Of a DNA stretch of 64,000 bases, positions 9,761-18,671 are shown one piece after another (the stretch's first letter is position 1; every line of letters starts with the position of its first letter). The notes under the pieces are model-generated. The model searched no databases and was not told the origin of the DNA. It was given only the letters and a program-made list of their open reading frames with translations. The translations under genes were made by a program, and so were the position numbers. Source of the stretch: a virus; IMG/VR virus record IMGVR_UViG_3300031800_000001, positions 52,087 to 116,086 of that record; one strand, 5' to 3'.

Positions 9761-10893
9761 ACGGAGATAAAAGACACAAAATGGCAATCCGTAAAAGGAT
9801 TAGGAAAGATAATTTCCTAGATTCCGAAGGGATAGTTAATACCCCCAGAAAGTCAGAAGGAAAATTTTGCAAGAATCCTTTTGACCAATTTGAAATTCAC
9901 CCTAACGGTATGGTGTCTGTTTGCTGCATGAGTTGGCTTCCCGAGAAAATAGGAAACGTCAAAGAAGAAAGCGTTAAGGAGGTTTTCAACTCGGAAAAAG
10001 CACAGGAAATAAGAGAAAGCATATTGGATGGTTCTTTCAAATACTGCGATCACAAACTATGCCCATACATACAGAACGGATCTTTGCCGGACAAGGAAGA
10101 GGTTACTGATCCTCGTCATAAATCAATTATAAAAAACAACAAAACAAAAGACCTTGAGCCGACGTTTTATAATCTTTGCTATGATGAGTCCTGTAATTTA
10201 AGCTGCCCAAGCTGTAGAAAAAATAAGATTCTTTATTACGAGGGCAAAGTTTATGAAGAAAAGAAAAAAATACAAGATAATATAATAAAACATATCTTCG
10301 GAAAGCCTCACGACAATTACTGCCTTATTAACGTAACTGGCTCGGGAGACCCATTCGGATCGAAGCTTTTTAGGGAACTGTTGTTTAGTATAGATGGAGA
10401 AAAATTTCCTAGGGTATTTTTTAATCTACAGACAAACGGGGTAATGTTCACCCCCAAGTATTGGGAAAAGATGAAAAGAATACAAAAAAACATCAACACA
10501 GTTATGGTTTCATATGACGCCGGAACACCAGAAACATATAAGATTACCCGCAGGGGAGGGGATTGGGATCAGCTTCAAAAAAATATGAAATTTCTGAGCT
10601 CTCTAAGACAAAAAGGTCTTATCAATGAGCTAAGAATAGACTGCGTTGTCCAAAAAGCTAACTACAAAGAATTAGATAAGCTAGTGAAGATAGGTTTAGA
10701 CTTGAAAGTGGATAAAGTATTTTTTTCGCTACTCGTAGATTGGGGCACATGGACACCCGAAATATACAAACAAAATTGTATATGGAAAAAAACACATCCA
10801 GAATTTGAAGAATTTACAAAGGCTTTGCTGAATCCAATTTTCAATGACCCGATTGTGGACTTAGGAAATTTAACGGAATACAAAAAATGTTAG
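9757..10893 (+). CDS. radical SAM protein with N-terminal SPASM/twitch-like domain
   Basis: CNLSCPSC (CxxxCxxC), GSGDPF and LQTNG. The N-terminal FCKNPF..FEIHPNGMVSVCC...IGNV...C...C is SPASM-like. Confidence 0.85.
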   Translation: MNGDKRHKMAIRKRIRKDNFLDSEGIVNTPRKSEGKFCKNPFDQFEIHPNGMVSVCCMSWLPEKIGNVKEESVKEVFNSEKAQEIRESILDGSFKYCDHKLCPYIQNGSLPDKEEVTDPRHKSIIKNNKTKDLEPTFYNLCYDESCNLSCPSCRKNKILYYEGKVYEEKKKIQDNIIKHIFGKPHDNYCLINVTGSGDPFGSKLFRELLFSIDGEKFPRVFFNLQTNGVMFTPKYWEKMKRIQKNINTVMVSYDAGTPETYKITRRGGDWDQLQKNMKFLSSLRQKGLINELRIDCVVQKANYKELDKLVKIGLDLKVDKVFFSLLVDWGTWTPEIYKQNCIWKKTHPEFEEFTKALLNPIFNDPIVDLGNLTEYKKC

Positions 10894-11594
10894 TATTTAA
10901 TAAATTAAAATGCGTGTTCACGCCCATATTGAAAGTGGGCACGAATAGTTTTTTTTACTATTGGGGAGACGTAATGTATGGAGAAGAAGACTCCTTGGTT
11001 AAGAAAGTGAAAAAAGGCACTGGTGGAGGTCACTCCACCAAACTTAGACATAGGGTTAAGAGGGATTTTAACGTGGAGTGGGACCCATCGGTTCGAGAGT
11101 CTGTTGCGGGCTATTATAAATTTGCTTTTGTAAGAAATCCGTGGGTCAGGGCCGTGTCGGCTTTTCGGGAACTAATAAGGCGGTATCCATTTGGGCAAAC
11201 CGTGGTAAACGAAGAAGCGGGGTTAACTTATTACGAAATATATGATTTAATGGATGGGCATGTGGATTTTGAAAATTTTATTAATTTTGTCGTAAATAGA
11301 GAAAGGGATCACACAAATGTAATTAATGGGCATTGGAGAACGCAAGTCGTGACTCTTTGTATGCATCATAAGGAAGGAGCTATGGAATATGATTTTTTTG
11401 GTAAATTGGAAAATGTTGATGATGATCTAAATAAGGCTCAAAAGCGTTTGGGTCTTGAAGAAACTAAATTATCCAAAGAGCATGAAACTGCGGCATACGA
11501 TTATAAATTGTACTACAAAAACAAAAAAATAATCGACATGGTCGGGGAATATTATAAAGAAGACATAGAGAAATTCGGTTATGATTTCGCATAA
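10887..11594 (+). CDS. sulfotransferase (Sulfotransfer_2 family)
   Basis: 5'-PSB PILKVGTNS, 3'-PB FAFVRNPWVRAVSAF, HWRTQ, DFFGKLEN and a terminal YYKEDIEKFGY. Confidence 0.85.
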   Translation: MLVFNKLKCVFTPILKVGTNSFFYYWGDVMYGEEDSLVKKVKKGTGGGHSTKLRHRVKRDFNVEWDPSVRESVAGYYKFAFVRNPWVRAVSAFRELIRRYPFGQTVVNEEAGLTYYEIYDLMDGHVDFENFINFVVNRERDHTNVINGHWRTQVVTLCMHHKEGAMEYDFFGKLENVDDDLNKAQKRLGLEETKLSKEHETAAYDYKLYYKNKKIIDMVGEYYKEDIEKFGYDFA

Positions 11595-12216
11595 GCATAA
11601 AATAATTTTCGTGCCCATCCCAAAGAACGCCAGCCGCTCTATCGCTTTTCTTATTAATGGGGATGAATCGGATTATGGACACTCTACTGCCAAGGGTCTA
11701 ATGAGAAAGCATAGGGAATATTGGGATGATTATTATAAGTTTTGTGTGGTAAGAAACCCTTATGATAGGATTGTGTCTGCATATCATCATTTCAAAACCA
11801 CGCAATTCAAGCGAGGCGTAAGGGGTTCGAAGCCAAGGCGTATGCAGAATTTACTTAAACAATATTCGGGTTTTCAGGATTTTGTTTTGAATTATCTTAA
11901 AGACGCAGAGTTGGTTCAGTTCCGTTTAGTGTCGGGGGCTGATATTTCCATCAGCCCTACTGTGCATTTTTACCCTCAAATTATGTGGCTGTTAAACTCA
12001 AATGGTAAAATAAATGACAATATAAATATATTTAAATTTGAAAAATTAGACGAAGTAGTACAAAAGCTAACGACAGAATACGATATGTCTAACGAGTTTG
12101 GCCACCTCAACAAGGGCAAACGAAACCACTACTCTGAATACTACACAGACGAGCTTTATGAAGTTATTTACAAGAAGTACCAAAAAGACTTCGAGTTATT
12201 AGGCTATGACAGATAA
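11581..12216 (+). CDS. sulfotransferase (Sulfotransfer_2 family)
   Basis: IFVPIPKNASRS, FCVVRNPYDRIVSAY, HFYPQ, FKFE and YQKDFELLGY. Confidence 0.9.
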   Translation: MISHKHKIIFVPIPKNASRSIAFLINGDESDYGHSTAKGLMRKHREYWDDYYKFCVVRNPYDRIVSAYHHFKTTQFKRGVRGSKPRRMQNLLKQYSGFQDFVLNYLKDAELVQFRLVSGADISISPTVHFYPQIMWLLNSNGKINDNINIFKFEKLDEVVQKLTTEYDMSNEFGHLNKGKRNHYSEYYTDELYEVIYKKYQKDFELLGYDR

Positions 12217-13537
12217 AATTTATTGCACCAGAGCTTTTGATCATGTTCAATTATTGGACAATGGAGAAATGACACCGTGTTGTCCTCCGTGGGTTGATCA
12301 TTATTCTATAGGCAATATAAATGAACAATCATATGAGGAAATTTGGAACGGCGAAAAAGCTCAAAAATTTAGGGAGTCCATATTAGACGGCTCTTTTCGA
12401 TATTGTAACGCTAAATCTTGTCCACATTTACAATCCCAAACACATTGCGTCGGGACAGTAAAACAATTAAAACAACGCAAATTAATAAATGATTCAATAC
12501 TTTACGACATACTGCATGAAGATGTCGTTTTAAATCATGGGCCTCATGAAATACAATTTTGTTACGACAGATCATGCAATCTATCTTGTCCATCATGCAG
12601 GAGAGGAATAATAATGGTTTCTGGCAAAAAGAAACAAAAATTGTTAGATATGCAAAACAAGCTACAAGCAGACTTTCTAAAAGACGCGGATCGACTTATC
12701 GTTACTGGATCTGGAGACGCATTTGCTAGTCCTATTTTTCGAAAATTCCTGCAAACATTCACAAAAGAACAAGCGCCGAAGCTGCGGCATATAAATATAT
12801 TGACAAACGGCTTACTCATTAAGAAGCACTGGGCAACGCTTAGCGAGTATGCCAAGGAAAAAATTCAATACATTAGCGTATCTATAGACGCAGCAACGCC
12901 GGAAACATATACTATAAACAGGAGGGGTGGAGACTGGAATTTGCTACATGAAAATTTAAAATTTGTTGAAGACTTGAAGGCTGCTAATGAAATTAAAGCA
13001 TTTCAGACTAGTATCGTGGTACAAGATAATAATTTTCGTGAACTGTTTGATTTTATTTTAATGTGTGAAAAATATGCCGTGGACTCTGTTCAGTTGCAAA
13101 TTATTGAGCCAGATTTTATACGGGATTTGGGATACGGTGATTATCTTGAGGAATGGATTCAAAAAGCTGTCCACGAAAAGGTTCATCCTAATCATAACGA
13201 ATTATTAAACATTCTCAAAGATGACTTCTTTAATATTTATATAAACAGATATAACGGTGAAGCTCCAGCCGGAACAGCCGTTTCAATGGGTCAATTGTTT
13301 AATTTAAGAAACGGTAGCGATATATCGCAATATGATCAACTACTAGAAGAAGAAGAAAAACTAAAGTTAGCTAAAAAAAGCTCGCTAAAGGACATATGGT
13401 ACAATAACAAAGTTTATTTTGTCGCTCCCGAAACCCTGAAAAAAATAAACGGAACCGACACAGCCAAGCTACCAACGGGAGAAACGATCATCTGGGACGA
13501 AGATAAAGAGAAGTGGGCAAAATACCATGCCTATTAA
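12206..13537 (+). CDS. radical SAM protein with N-terminal SPASM/twitch-like domain (paralogue of 9757..10893)
   Basis: YCTRAF...NGEMTPCC...IGNI...FRESILDGSFRYC...CP, then CNLSCPSC, GSGDAF, ILTNG and SIDAATPETY..NRRGGDW. Confidence 0.85.
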   Translation: MTDKIYCTRAFDHVQLLDNGEMTPCCPPWVDHYSIGNINEQSYEEIWNGEKAQKFRESILDGSFRYCNAKSCPHLQSQTHCVGTVKQLKQRKLINDSILYDILHEDVVLNHGPHEIQFCYDRSCNLSCPSCRRGIIMVSGKKKQKLLDMQNKLQADFLKDADRLIVTGSGDAFASPIFRKFLQTFTKEQAPKLRHINILTNGLLIKKHWATLSEYAKEKIQYISVSIDAATPETYTINRRGGDWNLLHENLKFVEDLKAANEIKAFQTSIVVQDNNFRELFDFILMCEKYAVDSVQLQIIEPDFIRDLGYGDYLEEWIQKAVHEKVHPNHNELLNILKDDFFNIYINRYNGEAPAGTAVSMGQLFNLRNGSDISQYDQLLEEEEKLKLAKKSSLKDIWYNNKVYFVAPETLKKINGTDTAKLPTGETIIWDEDKEKWAKYHAY

Positions 13538-14198
13538 CAGAAAAAGCGAGTTGCTCTTCATTCACATCCCCAAAACAGGCGGAACAAAAATAGAAGAAAT
13601 ACTAGATATGAAATTCGCGGGGGATGACCCTAAGGTTTCAAGCGAAAAACTATATGGGTTTGTAAGAATATACGACGAACTCCATGAACTACAGCACTTA
13701 ACATACAAACAAACATTAGATTTTGGGCTGGTCGACAAAAGCCTGTTCGATAAATGCTATAAATTCGCATTCGTCAGAAATCCGCTTGACAGGGTTGTGT
13801 CTGAATATTTTTGGTTAGGATACAAATACTTTTCTAAGTTCGAGGACTTCGTTGAGTTTTTACATAAGAGAAAAGGAGAACCGGATGTTCGCGGTACTGT
13901 AGAAAATTACATGTCTCTCGACTGGCTTTTAAATTCCCCCTTCTATGCGCCCCAACATAAATTCATTTGCGACAGAAGAGGTAAATTAATGGTTGATTTT
14001 TTAGGCAGATTTGAAAACTTCCCTAAAGATTTAGCTACCCTATTGGACAATCTAGGAGTGGAATACGACGAAGAATTTTTATTTAAAAAAGTAAATGCTA
14101 CGAAACACGAAAAATATACCACTTACTACAACAAAAAAACAAGAGACATGGTTAAATCCATATATAAGAGAGATTTCGAAATATTTGGTTACGAATAA
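13527..14198 (+). CDS. sulfotransferase (Sulfotransfer_2 family)
   Basis: LFIHIPKTGGT, FAFVRNPLDRVVSEY, DFLGRFEN and YKRDFEIFGY. Confidence 0.9.
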   Translation: MPINRKSELLFIHIPKTGGTKIEEILDMKFAGDDPKVSSEKLYGFVRIYDELHELQHLTYKQTLDFGLVDKSLFDKCYKFAFVRNPLDRVVSEYFWLGYKYFSKFEDFVEFLHKRKGEPDVRGTVENYMSLDWLLNSPFYAPQHKFICDRRGKLMVDFLGRFENFPKDLATLLDNLGVEYDEEFLFKKVNATKHEKYTTYYNKKTRDMVKSIYKRDFEIFGYE

Positions 14199-14207
14199 GT
14201 GTAAATA
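14199..14207 (+). promoter_or_regulatory. GTGTAAATA motif, putative phage late promoter
   Basis: The same hexamer recurs in most intergenic gaps; here it lies just upstream of the ATG at 14213. Confidence 0.55.
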
Positions 14208-14212
14208 TCAGT

Positions 14213-14464
14213 ATGCCTTACTATGACAGCGTAAACCTACTCAAAACTAACTGTACAGTGGAATGGGATGGTGACCCCGGCAAAAAGATCTGCTCTGCTC
14301 GCGGAGGAGAGTTAATACATCCCGGGTGGCCCCTACAGAGAGATGTCAGGGCCAGAACAAGAAGATTAGACATAGACAGACTGGGGTCAATAAGGTACGA
14401 CCAGCCCGGGAGAAGGGTTTCTGACGGTAAGTTTCCACGTTTTACAGAACAATGGATTAGTTAA
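14213..14464 (+). CDS. hypothetical protein (83 aa)
   Basis: Fills the gap between operons and is flanked by GTGTAA motifs. No recognisable domain. Confidence 0.55.
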   Translation: MPYYDSVNLLKTNCTVEWDGDPGKKICSARGGELIHPGWPLQRDVRARTRRLDIDRLGSIRYDQPGRRVSDGKFPRFTEQWIS

Positions 14465-14474
14465 GCTCTTTCCG

Positions 14475-14481
14475 GTGTAAT
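14475..14481 (+). promoter_or_regulatory. GTGTAAT motif, putative late promoter of the neck operon
   Basis: Upstream of the ATG at 14491. Confidence 0.55.
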
Positions 14482-14490
14482 CTTAATTGT

Positions 14491-15000
14491 ATGAAAGCCG
14501 TAGATATTGCAGACCAAATCCACAGAGAATTAGGAAGCCCGACAGACCTAGGCATAGCCGCTATAGCATTTTGGGTACGCACAAACATTGGCGCGCTGAA
14601 TAACTACCTGAATACCAGCTATGCAATTAATCAATCTTCGTATGAAATAGAGAGAGATATCAATGGTACAGCAACCGCAATAGGTATTAATGAAGGGGGT
14701 ATACTCAAAAAAATGTATACAATACACTATTACGACAATAAACTGAGGAGCGTATTATCCGCAGCAACCTCAGATGCGGTTATCGCTTTGTCTTCAGACG
14801 GGTCATCAATTAAAAAGATTAACAAAAACGAACAAGCAAAGCTCTATGCGACCATACGCGGCGCAAGCCAATCAGAATTGGAGCGCATGGTGGGTCAATA
14901 CAAGCTGAACGACGTACAACCATTACAGGTGGCAGGGGACGACGATCAATCGGCGTATATACTTCCGAATAGAGAATATGTAAGAATTAGGAAATACTAA
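14491..15000 (+). CDS. putative head-tail adaptor (neck) protein
   Basis: First of four tightly coupled genes upstream of the tail tube. Size and helical character fit an adaptor; assignment is positional. Confidence 0.5.
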   Translation: MKAVDIADQIHRELGSPTDLGIAAIAFWVRTNIGALNNYLNTSYAINQSSYEIERDINGTATAIGINEGGILKKMYTIHYYDNKLRSVLSAATSDAVIALSSDGSSIKKINKNEQAKLYATIRGASQSELERMVGQYKLNDVQPLQVAGDDDQSAYILPNREYVRIRKY

Positions 15001-15002
15001 TT

Positions 15003-15443
15003 ATGGCGAGCTTAGTATCAGCAGACGAAATCAACTCGTTCACGGGTGATTTTCAGAATTTATTTGACACTTTTAAGAGGTCGATCACGGTGCACAAGGC
15101 ACCTAAAAAGATCATTAACCAAATAAATACTGATTTTTTACATGGTTACGGCGATTCATCTGATCAGGTTAATTATACATATTCTCCGGTGTCTAAAGCT
15201 TTTGATTGCATGGTGCTATACAAAGACAGACAGGAGGCAGACGAAATGGAAAATATTAACTTAACCTATTTCGCCGGAGACATAAGAATAAAGGTCGACG
15301 AAGAAACGAAAGACTACATACGAAACGGAAAAACAGAAAAGATTTCAGTAGACGGAAAAGACTTTCAGCTAATGACTGAAGAATCTGTGAAGTATTTTTT
15401 CGGAATAAAGCTTTATGTTTTTCATCTACAATTTACCAAGTAA
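15003..15443 (+). CDS. putative head-closure (stopper) protein
   Basis: 146 aa and beta-rich, ending KISVDGKDFQL...YVFHL. Position fits the SPP1 gp16/lambda FII slot. Confidence 0.5.
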   Translation: MASLVSADEINSFTGDFQNLFDTFKRSITVHKAPKKIINQINTDFLHGYGDSSDQVNYTYSPVSKAFDCMVLYKDRQEADEMENINLTYFAGDIRIKVDEETKDYIRNGKTEKISVDGKDFQLMTEESVKYFFGIKLYVFHLQFTK

Positions 15444-16030
15444 TGAGAATAAACCCAATAAAAATCAAAAGAAAGATAGTAAGGAACATAAAAAAAGTTC
15501 CTGAAAGGGTTAAAATAGAGGCTCAAAGAAAGTTTAACCGAGCAAAACGAGAAATGATAACTGAATTTGAAAGCCACCCGATTACTCAAGAGCTAGAAGG
15601 CGGACCTATGGGAGGAAACGTCTCTGGCACGCTTGGAGGAGTAGGAAATCTATTTAGTTTCATAGGTTTTCAAGAAGGATCAAATCCAATAGCTACGCTA
15701 AGAGAGATGCTAAATAATTACCGGATCAATATTATGTCACCAAAGATAATTAAAAGAAGTTCCGGGGTAGACTTTCAATTTAGGGTAACTGGCCCAAGTA
15801 TGGCAGAAATTGAAGCAGCAACATATCTAAGTTGGCTTGGGAAAAGTTGGGTAAGAGGCGTAGAAAGAGGTATGACTGGGTTGGGAAACTATTTAGCGCT
15901 GATGGGAGCAATCGGAAGTAGATCAGGAGGGGGTATACAGGCAAAAACATCATATAGGGGAGGAGCCTATAGGCCCACTAAATACATGAGTTCGTTATTG
16001 AGAACGTTCTTTTTAAATTTTAGAAGATAA
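15443..16030 (+). CDS. putative neck/tail-completion protein (HK97 gp10-like slot)
   Basis: Basic protein with GNLFSFIGF and WVRGVERG motifs, TAATG overlap; positional inference. Confidence 0.5.
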   Translation: MRINPIKIKRKIVRNIKKVPERVKIEAQRKFNRAKREMITEFESHPITQELEGGPMGGNVSGTLGGVGNLFSFIGFQEGSNPIATLREMLNNYRINIMSPKIIKRSSGVDFQFRVTGPSMAEIEAATYLSWLGKSWVRGVERGMTGLGNYLALMGAIGSRSGGGIQAKTSYRGGAYRPTKYMSSLLRTFFLNFRR

Positions 16031-16945
16031 ATGAAAGCACAATTTGACAATAAAGTGATGTCCAGCTTCTTGCTGTGGTTCGACCACACGCTGCTTAGAG
16101 AAGGCGAAGCGTTTACGGACATCTCTAGTTGGTTTTACCCCGTGGAGAGCCTACATAATAACCTGTATACATACGGTGCCCCATTCAAGCAGTTCGTAAG
16201 TGATTTTTCTATAACAGGAACCGGCGCGGCATTCGCCAACAGAACAGTACAGATTCCTACCGGAATCTATCTAGATGGTTCGCTCATAGGAACGGGGACA
16301 AGCAATTTTAGTGGCATGAGTTACGAGCAGGGGCAAGTTTATTTTGGCACAGAAATAACAACCCCCGAAACAAGGCTGAGTGGTGATTATGCCGTAAAGG
16401 ATTTCAATGTATATCTAACTAACGAGCCAGAAGAAAAATTGCTTTTTGAGACGAAGTTCCACCTAAGGCCTAAAACCGCCGAAACACAAACAGGCTTAGC
16501 TTCTAACGCGATAACCTATCCAGCTATTTTTTTAAGATATAACGGTTCCCACAGTGAACCATTGGCGTTTGGCGGGTATGACATGACGACCATAAATCTA
16601 AGGGCGGTAGTCTTGGCGGATAATCAATTTAATTTAGACGCTGTTTGTTCCATAATGAGGGACAAGGTAAGAACATTTTTTACGTTATTTGGTACAGGGG
16701 ATATGCCTTACAACACTCTTGGTGACTATAAAAGCGGTGTGCCTTGGAGCTATACCGGAAAGAAAGCAAGTTATGAAGAAAACAGTTACATTTTCATAGA
16801 AAACGTAGGAATTTCTAAATTTTCTAGAGATGTGAACGTTAAGGTAAATAATTTGAACCCGGATGTCTTTAATGGTGTAATTGACTTTGAGGTTACGAAA
16901 CCTAGGTATCCTCGAAAGGCTAATAGAAATCAGGATTTACAATAA
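16031..16945 (+). CDS. putative tail terminator protein
   Basis: Directly upstream of the tail tube. YPAIFL...INLRAVVLADNQFNLDAVCSIMRD...GVIDFEV matches the terminator-fold pattern. Confidence 0.55.
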   Translation: MKAQFDNKVMSSFLLWFDHTLLREGEAFTDISSWFYPVESLHNNLYTYGAPFKQFVSDFSITGTGAAFANRTVQIPTGIYLDGSLIGTGTSNFSGMSYEQGQVYFGTEITTPETRLSGDYAVKDFNVYLTNEPEEKLLFETKFHLRPKTAETQTGLASNAITYPAIFLRYNGSHSEPLAFGGYDMTTINLRAVVLADNQFNLDAVCSIMRDKVRTFFTLFGTGDMPYNTLGDYKSGVPWSYTGKKASYEENSYIFIENVGISKFSRDVNVKVNNLNPDVFNGVIDFEVTKPRYPRKANRNQDLQ

Positions 16946-17004
16946 CAAAAAAAGTTTTCCCTAAAAACTAAAAAATATGTAATAAAAAGAAAGGATTATA
17001 AATC

Positions 17005-18312
17005 ATGGCAAGAAACAGAGTTATTTATCAAAGTGAGGCTCTCTATGTGAGTCAAACACCGGCTGTTAGTGGCTTCTTTACTGACAAAACTGCCGTTGGT
17101 GCAGAAGGATATATCAGCGCTCCGCTGCATCCATCTGGAAACCAAGTAAGGCAGTTGCACAGAATTCAGACCGCTAACTATTCGTTTAACATACCGCGCA
17201 CAGACATTAACCAGTTTGGCGAGTTGGCTGCTATCGACAGAGTTGTAATGGACACTCCCACGGTAGCATTGGACTTCAGTTACATACTAGCAACCATGGA
17301 AAACGAAATGAATCTTGGATTCGTTACGGATGGACATGCTAGCTGCATTTCTGGGATTCTTAATAAGACACAAGACGAGAAAAACTACTTCATCAAGACT
17401 GTTGGTGAGGGTGTTGACGCCGTCGGAGATCTTGGACCCGAAAAAGACAGCATCGCAATCGAAGGAGATTACGAGTTTGTAATTGGAATTGGCAATGGAT
17501 TCATTACCTCGTACACGACAGAGTGTTCGGTGGGTAATTTCCCAACTGTTACAATAAATGTTGAGGGTCTTAACATGACTTTCGAGAGCGGCGTGAGTGG
17601 CGCAAGCCCCGCGGTGAAGCCCGAAAGTGGAACAAGACTTGAGCATTTCAAGTATATTCTTCCGACTACCACAGGCAGCGCCGAGACAGGAATTATGGCA
17701 ACAAGCGCCCTGCGCCCCGGAGACATCACCTTCGCCTTCGCGAAAGCCGATAGAGAATCAGTGCAATTATCTGGTACGCTCTTCGATTCGGTTACCGACG
17801 ACGAGGATACGTATGATGCTCCCGGAGCACACCTCGGAAACATGGATTCCAAAGCACACGCTAAGATTCAAAGCTACAACATCAGTCTAGATATGGCAAG
17901 AGAGCCGATCAACAGACTCGGAAGCCGGTTTGCGTTCTCTCGTGAGATCACATTCCCGATGTCCGTGACCTGTACGATTGACGCTCTGGTGGCCGATCTG
18001 ACCACTGGTAGTTTGTCGGATATCATCAATTGTGATGATTCTTACGACATCGTAGTTAACCTTCTGCGTCCCACAAGCTGCCCCGGCACGCTTACTGATG
18101 GAACCGCAAAGGATATCTTCGCCCAGTATTGGTTGAAGAACTGCAAAGTGAATAGCCAAGCGTTTAGCTCGGATATCGGCAGCAACAAGAGTGTGACTCT
18201 CGAGTTCGCAACTCAGGTTGGTGGACCGAACCAGAAGAACCAAGGCTTGTTTATGAGCGGTATCTCGACTGGATATCTCTCGATGCAAAGAGATGCGAGT
18301 GCTGATTCCTAA
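17005..18312 (+). CDS. major tail tube protein
   Basis: Located between the terminator and the chaperones/TMP. Two internally repeated beta halves (IQTANYSFNIPRTDINQFG / IQSYNISLDMAREPINRLG). Has an upstream AAGGA and is followed by a strong terminator. Confidence 0.75.
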   Translation: MARNRVIYQSEALYVSQTPAVSGFFTDKTAVGAEGYISAPLHPSGNQVRQLHRIQTANYSFNIPRTDINQFGELAAIDRVVMDTPTVALDFSYILATMENEMNLGFVTDGHASCISGILNKTQDEKNYFIKTVGEGVDAVGDLGPEKDSIAIEGDYEFVIGIGNGFITSYTTECSVGNFPTVTINVEGLNMTFESGVSGASPAVKPESGTRLEHFKYILPTTTGSAETGIMATSALRPGDITFAFAKADRESVQLSGTLFDSVTDDEDTYDAPGAHLGNMDSKAHAKIQSYNISLDMAREPINRLGSRFAFSREITFPMSVTCTIDALVADLTTGSLSDIINCDDSYDIVVNLLRPTSCPGTLTDGTAKDIFAQYWLKNCKVNSQAFSSDIGSNKSVTLEFATQVGGPNQKNQGLFMSGISTGYLSMQRDASADS

Positions 18313-18341
18313 GCCGAATTAAGCAACTAAACCTTAACCAG

Positions 18342-18369
18342 CCCCCGGTGAAAACCGGGGGTTTTTTTT
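18342..18369 (+). terminator. rho-independent terminator after the tail tube gene
   Basis: CCCCCGGT-GAAA-ACCGGGGG is a perfect 8-bp stem with a GNRA loop, followed by T8. Confidence 0.9.
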
Positions 18370-18392
18370 ATTTTACAGGTTGTGGTTAAAAT

Positions 18393-18416
18393 GTGTAAAT
18401 CTTTGCAGGAAAAAGG
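18393..18416 (+). promoter_or_regulatory. GTGTAAAT...CAGGAAAAAGG element, putative late promoter plus RBS region
   Basis: Lies immediately after the terminator. A near-identical element precedes the minus-strand gene at 49880. Confidence 0.55.
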
Positions 18417-18425
18417 CTGAAAGGA

Positions 18426-18671
18426 ATGCATGGAGACATGAACAAAGGGGGTGAAAAATCCAAGGACTTCTTAGTATTTCAACTACGTCGCAAGATAGTC
18501 AATCTTTATAAAAATTATCTTTTTATTTTAGAAGATTTAGAAAAGTCTGGCTATGATATTCCAGAAGAAGAGTTCCAAAGAATAAGGAAAAGAATTCTTG
18601 ATTACGGGAATGATACCATAAGGGAAATTGAGGAAAATTTAGATAAATTTGACATTGAGCTAAAGTTATGA
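18426..18671 (+). CDS. small helical hypothetical protein (start may be 18438)
   Basis: ATGA-coupled to the next gene; amphipathic helical sequence. Confidence 0.65.
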   Translation: MHGDMNKGGEKSKDFLVFQLRRKIVNLYKNYLFILEDLEKSGYDIPEEEFQRIRKRILDYGNDTIREIEENLDKFDIELKL

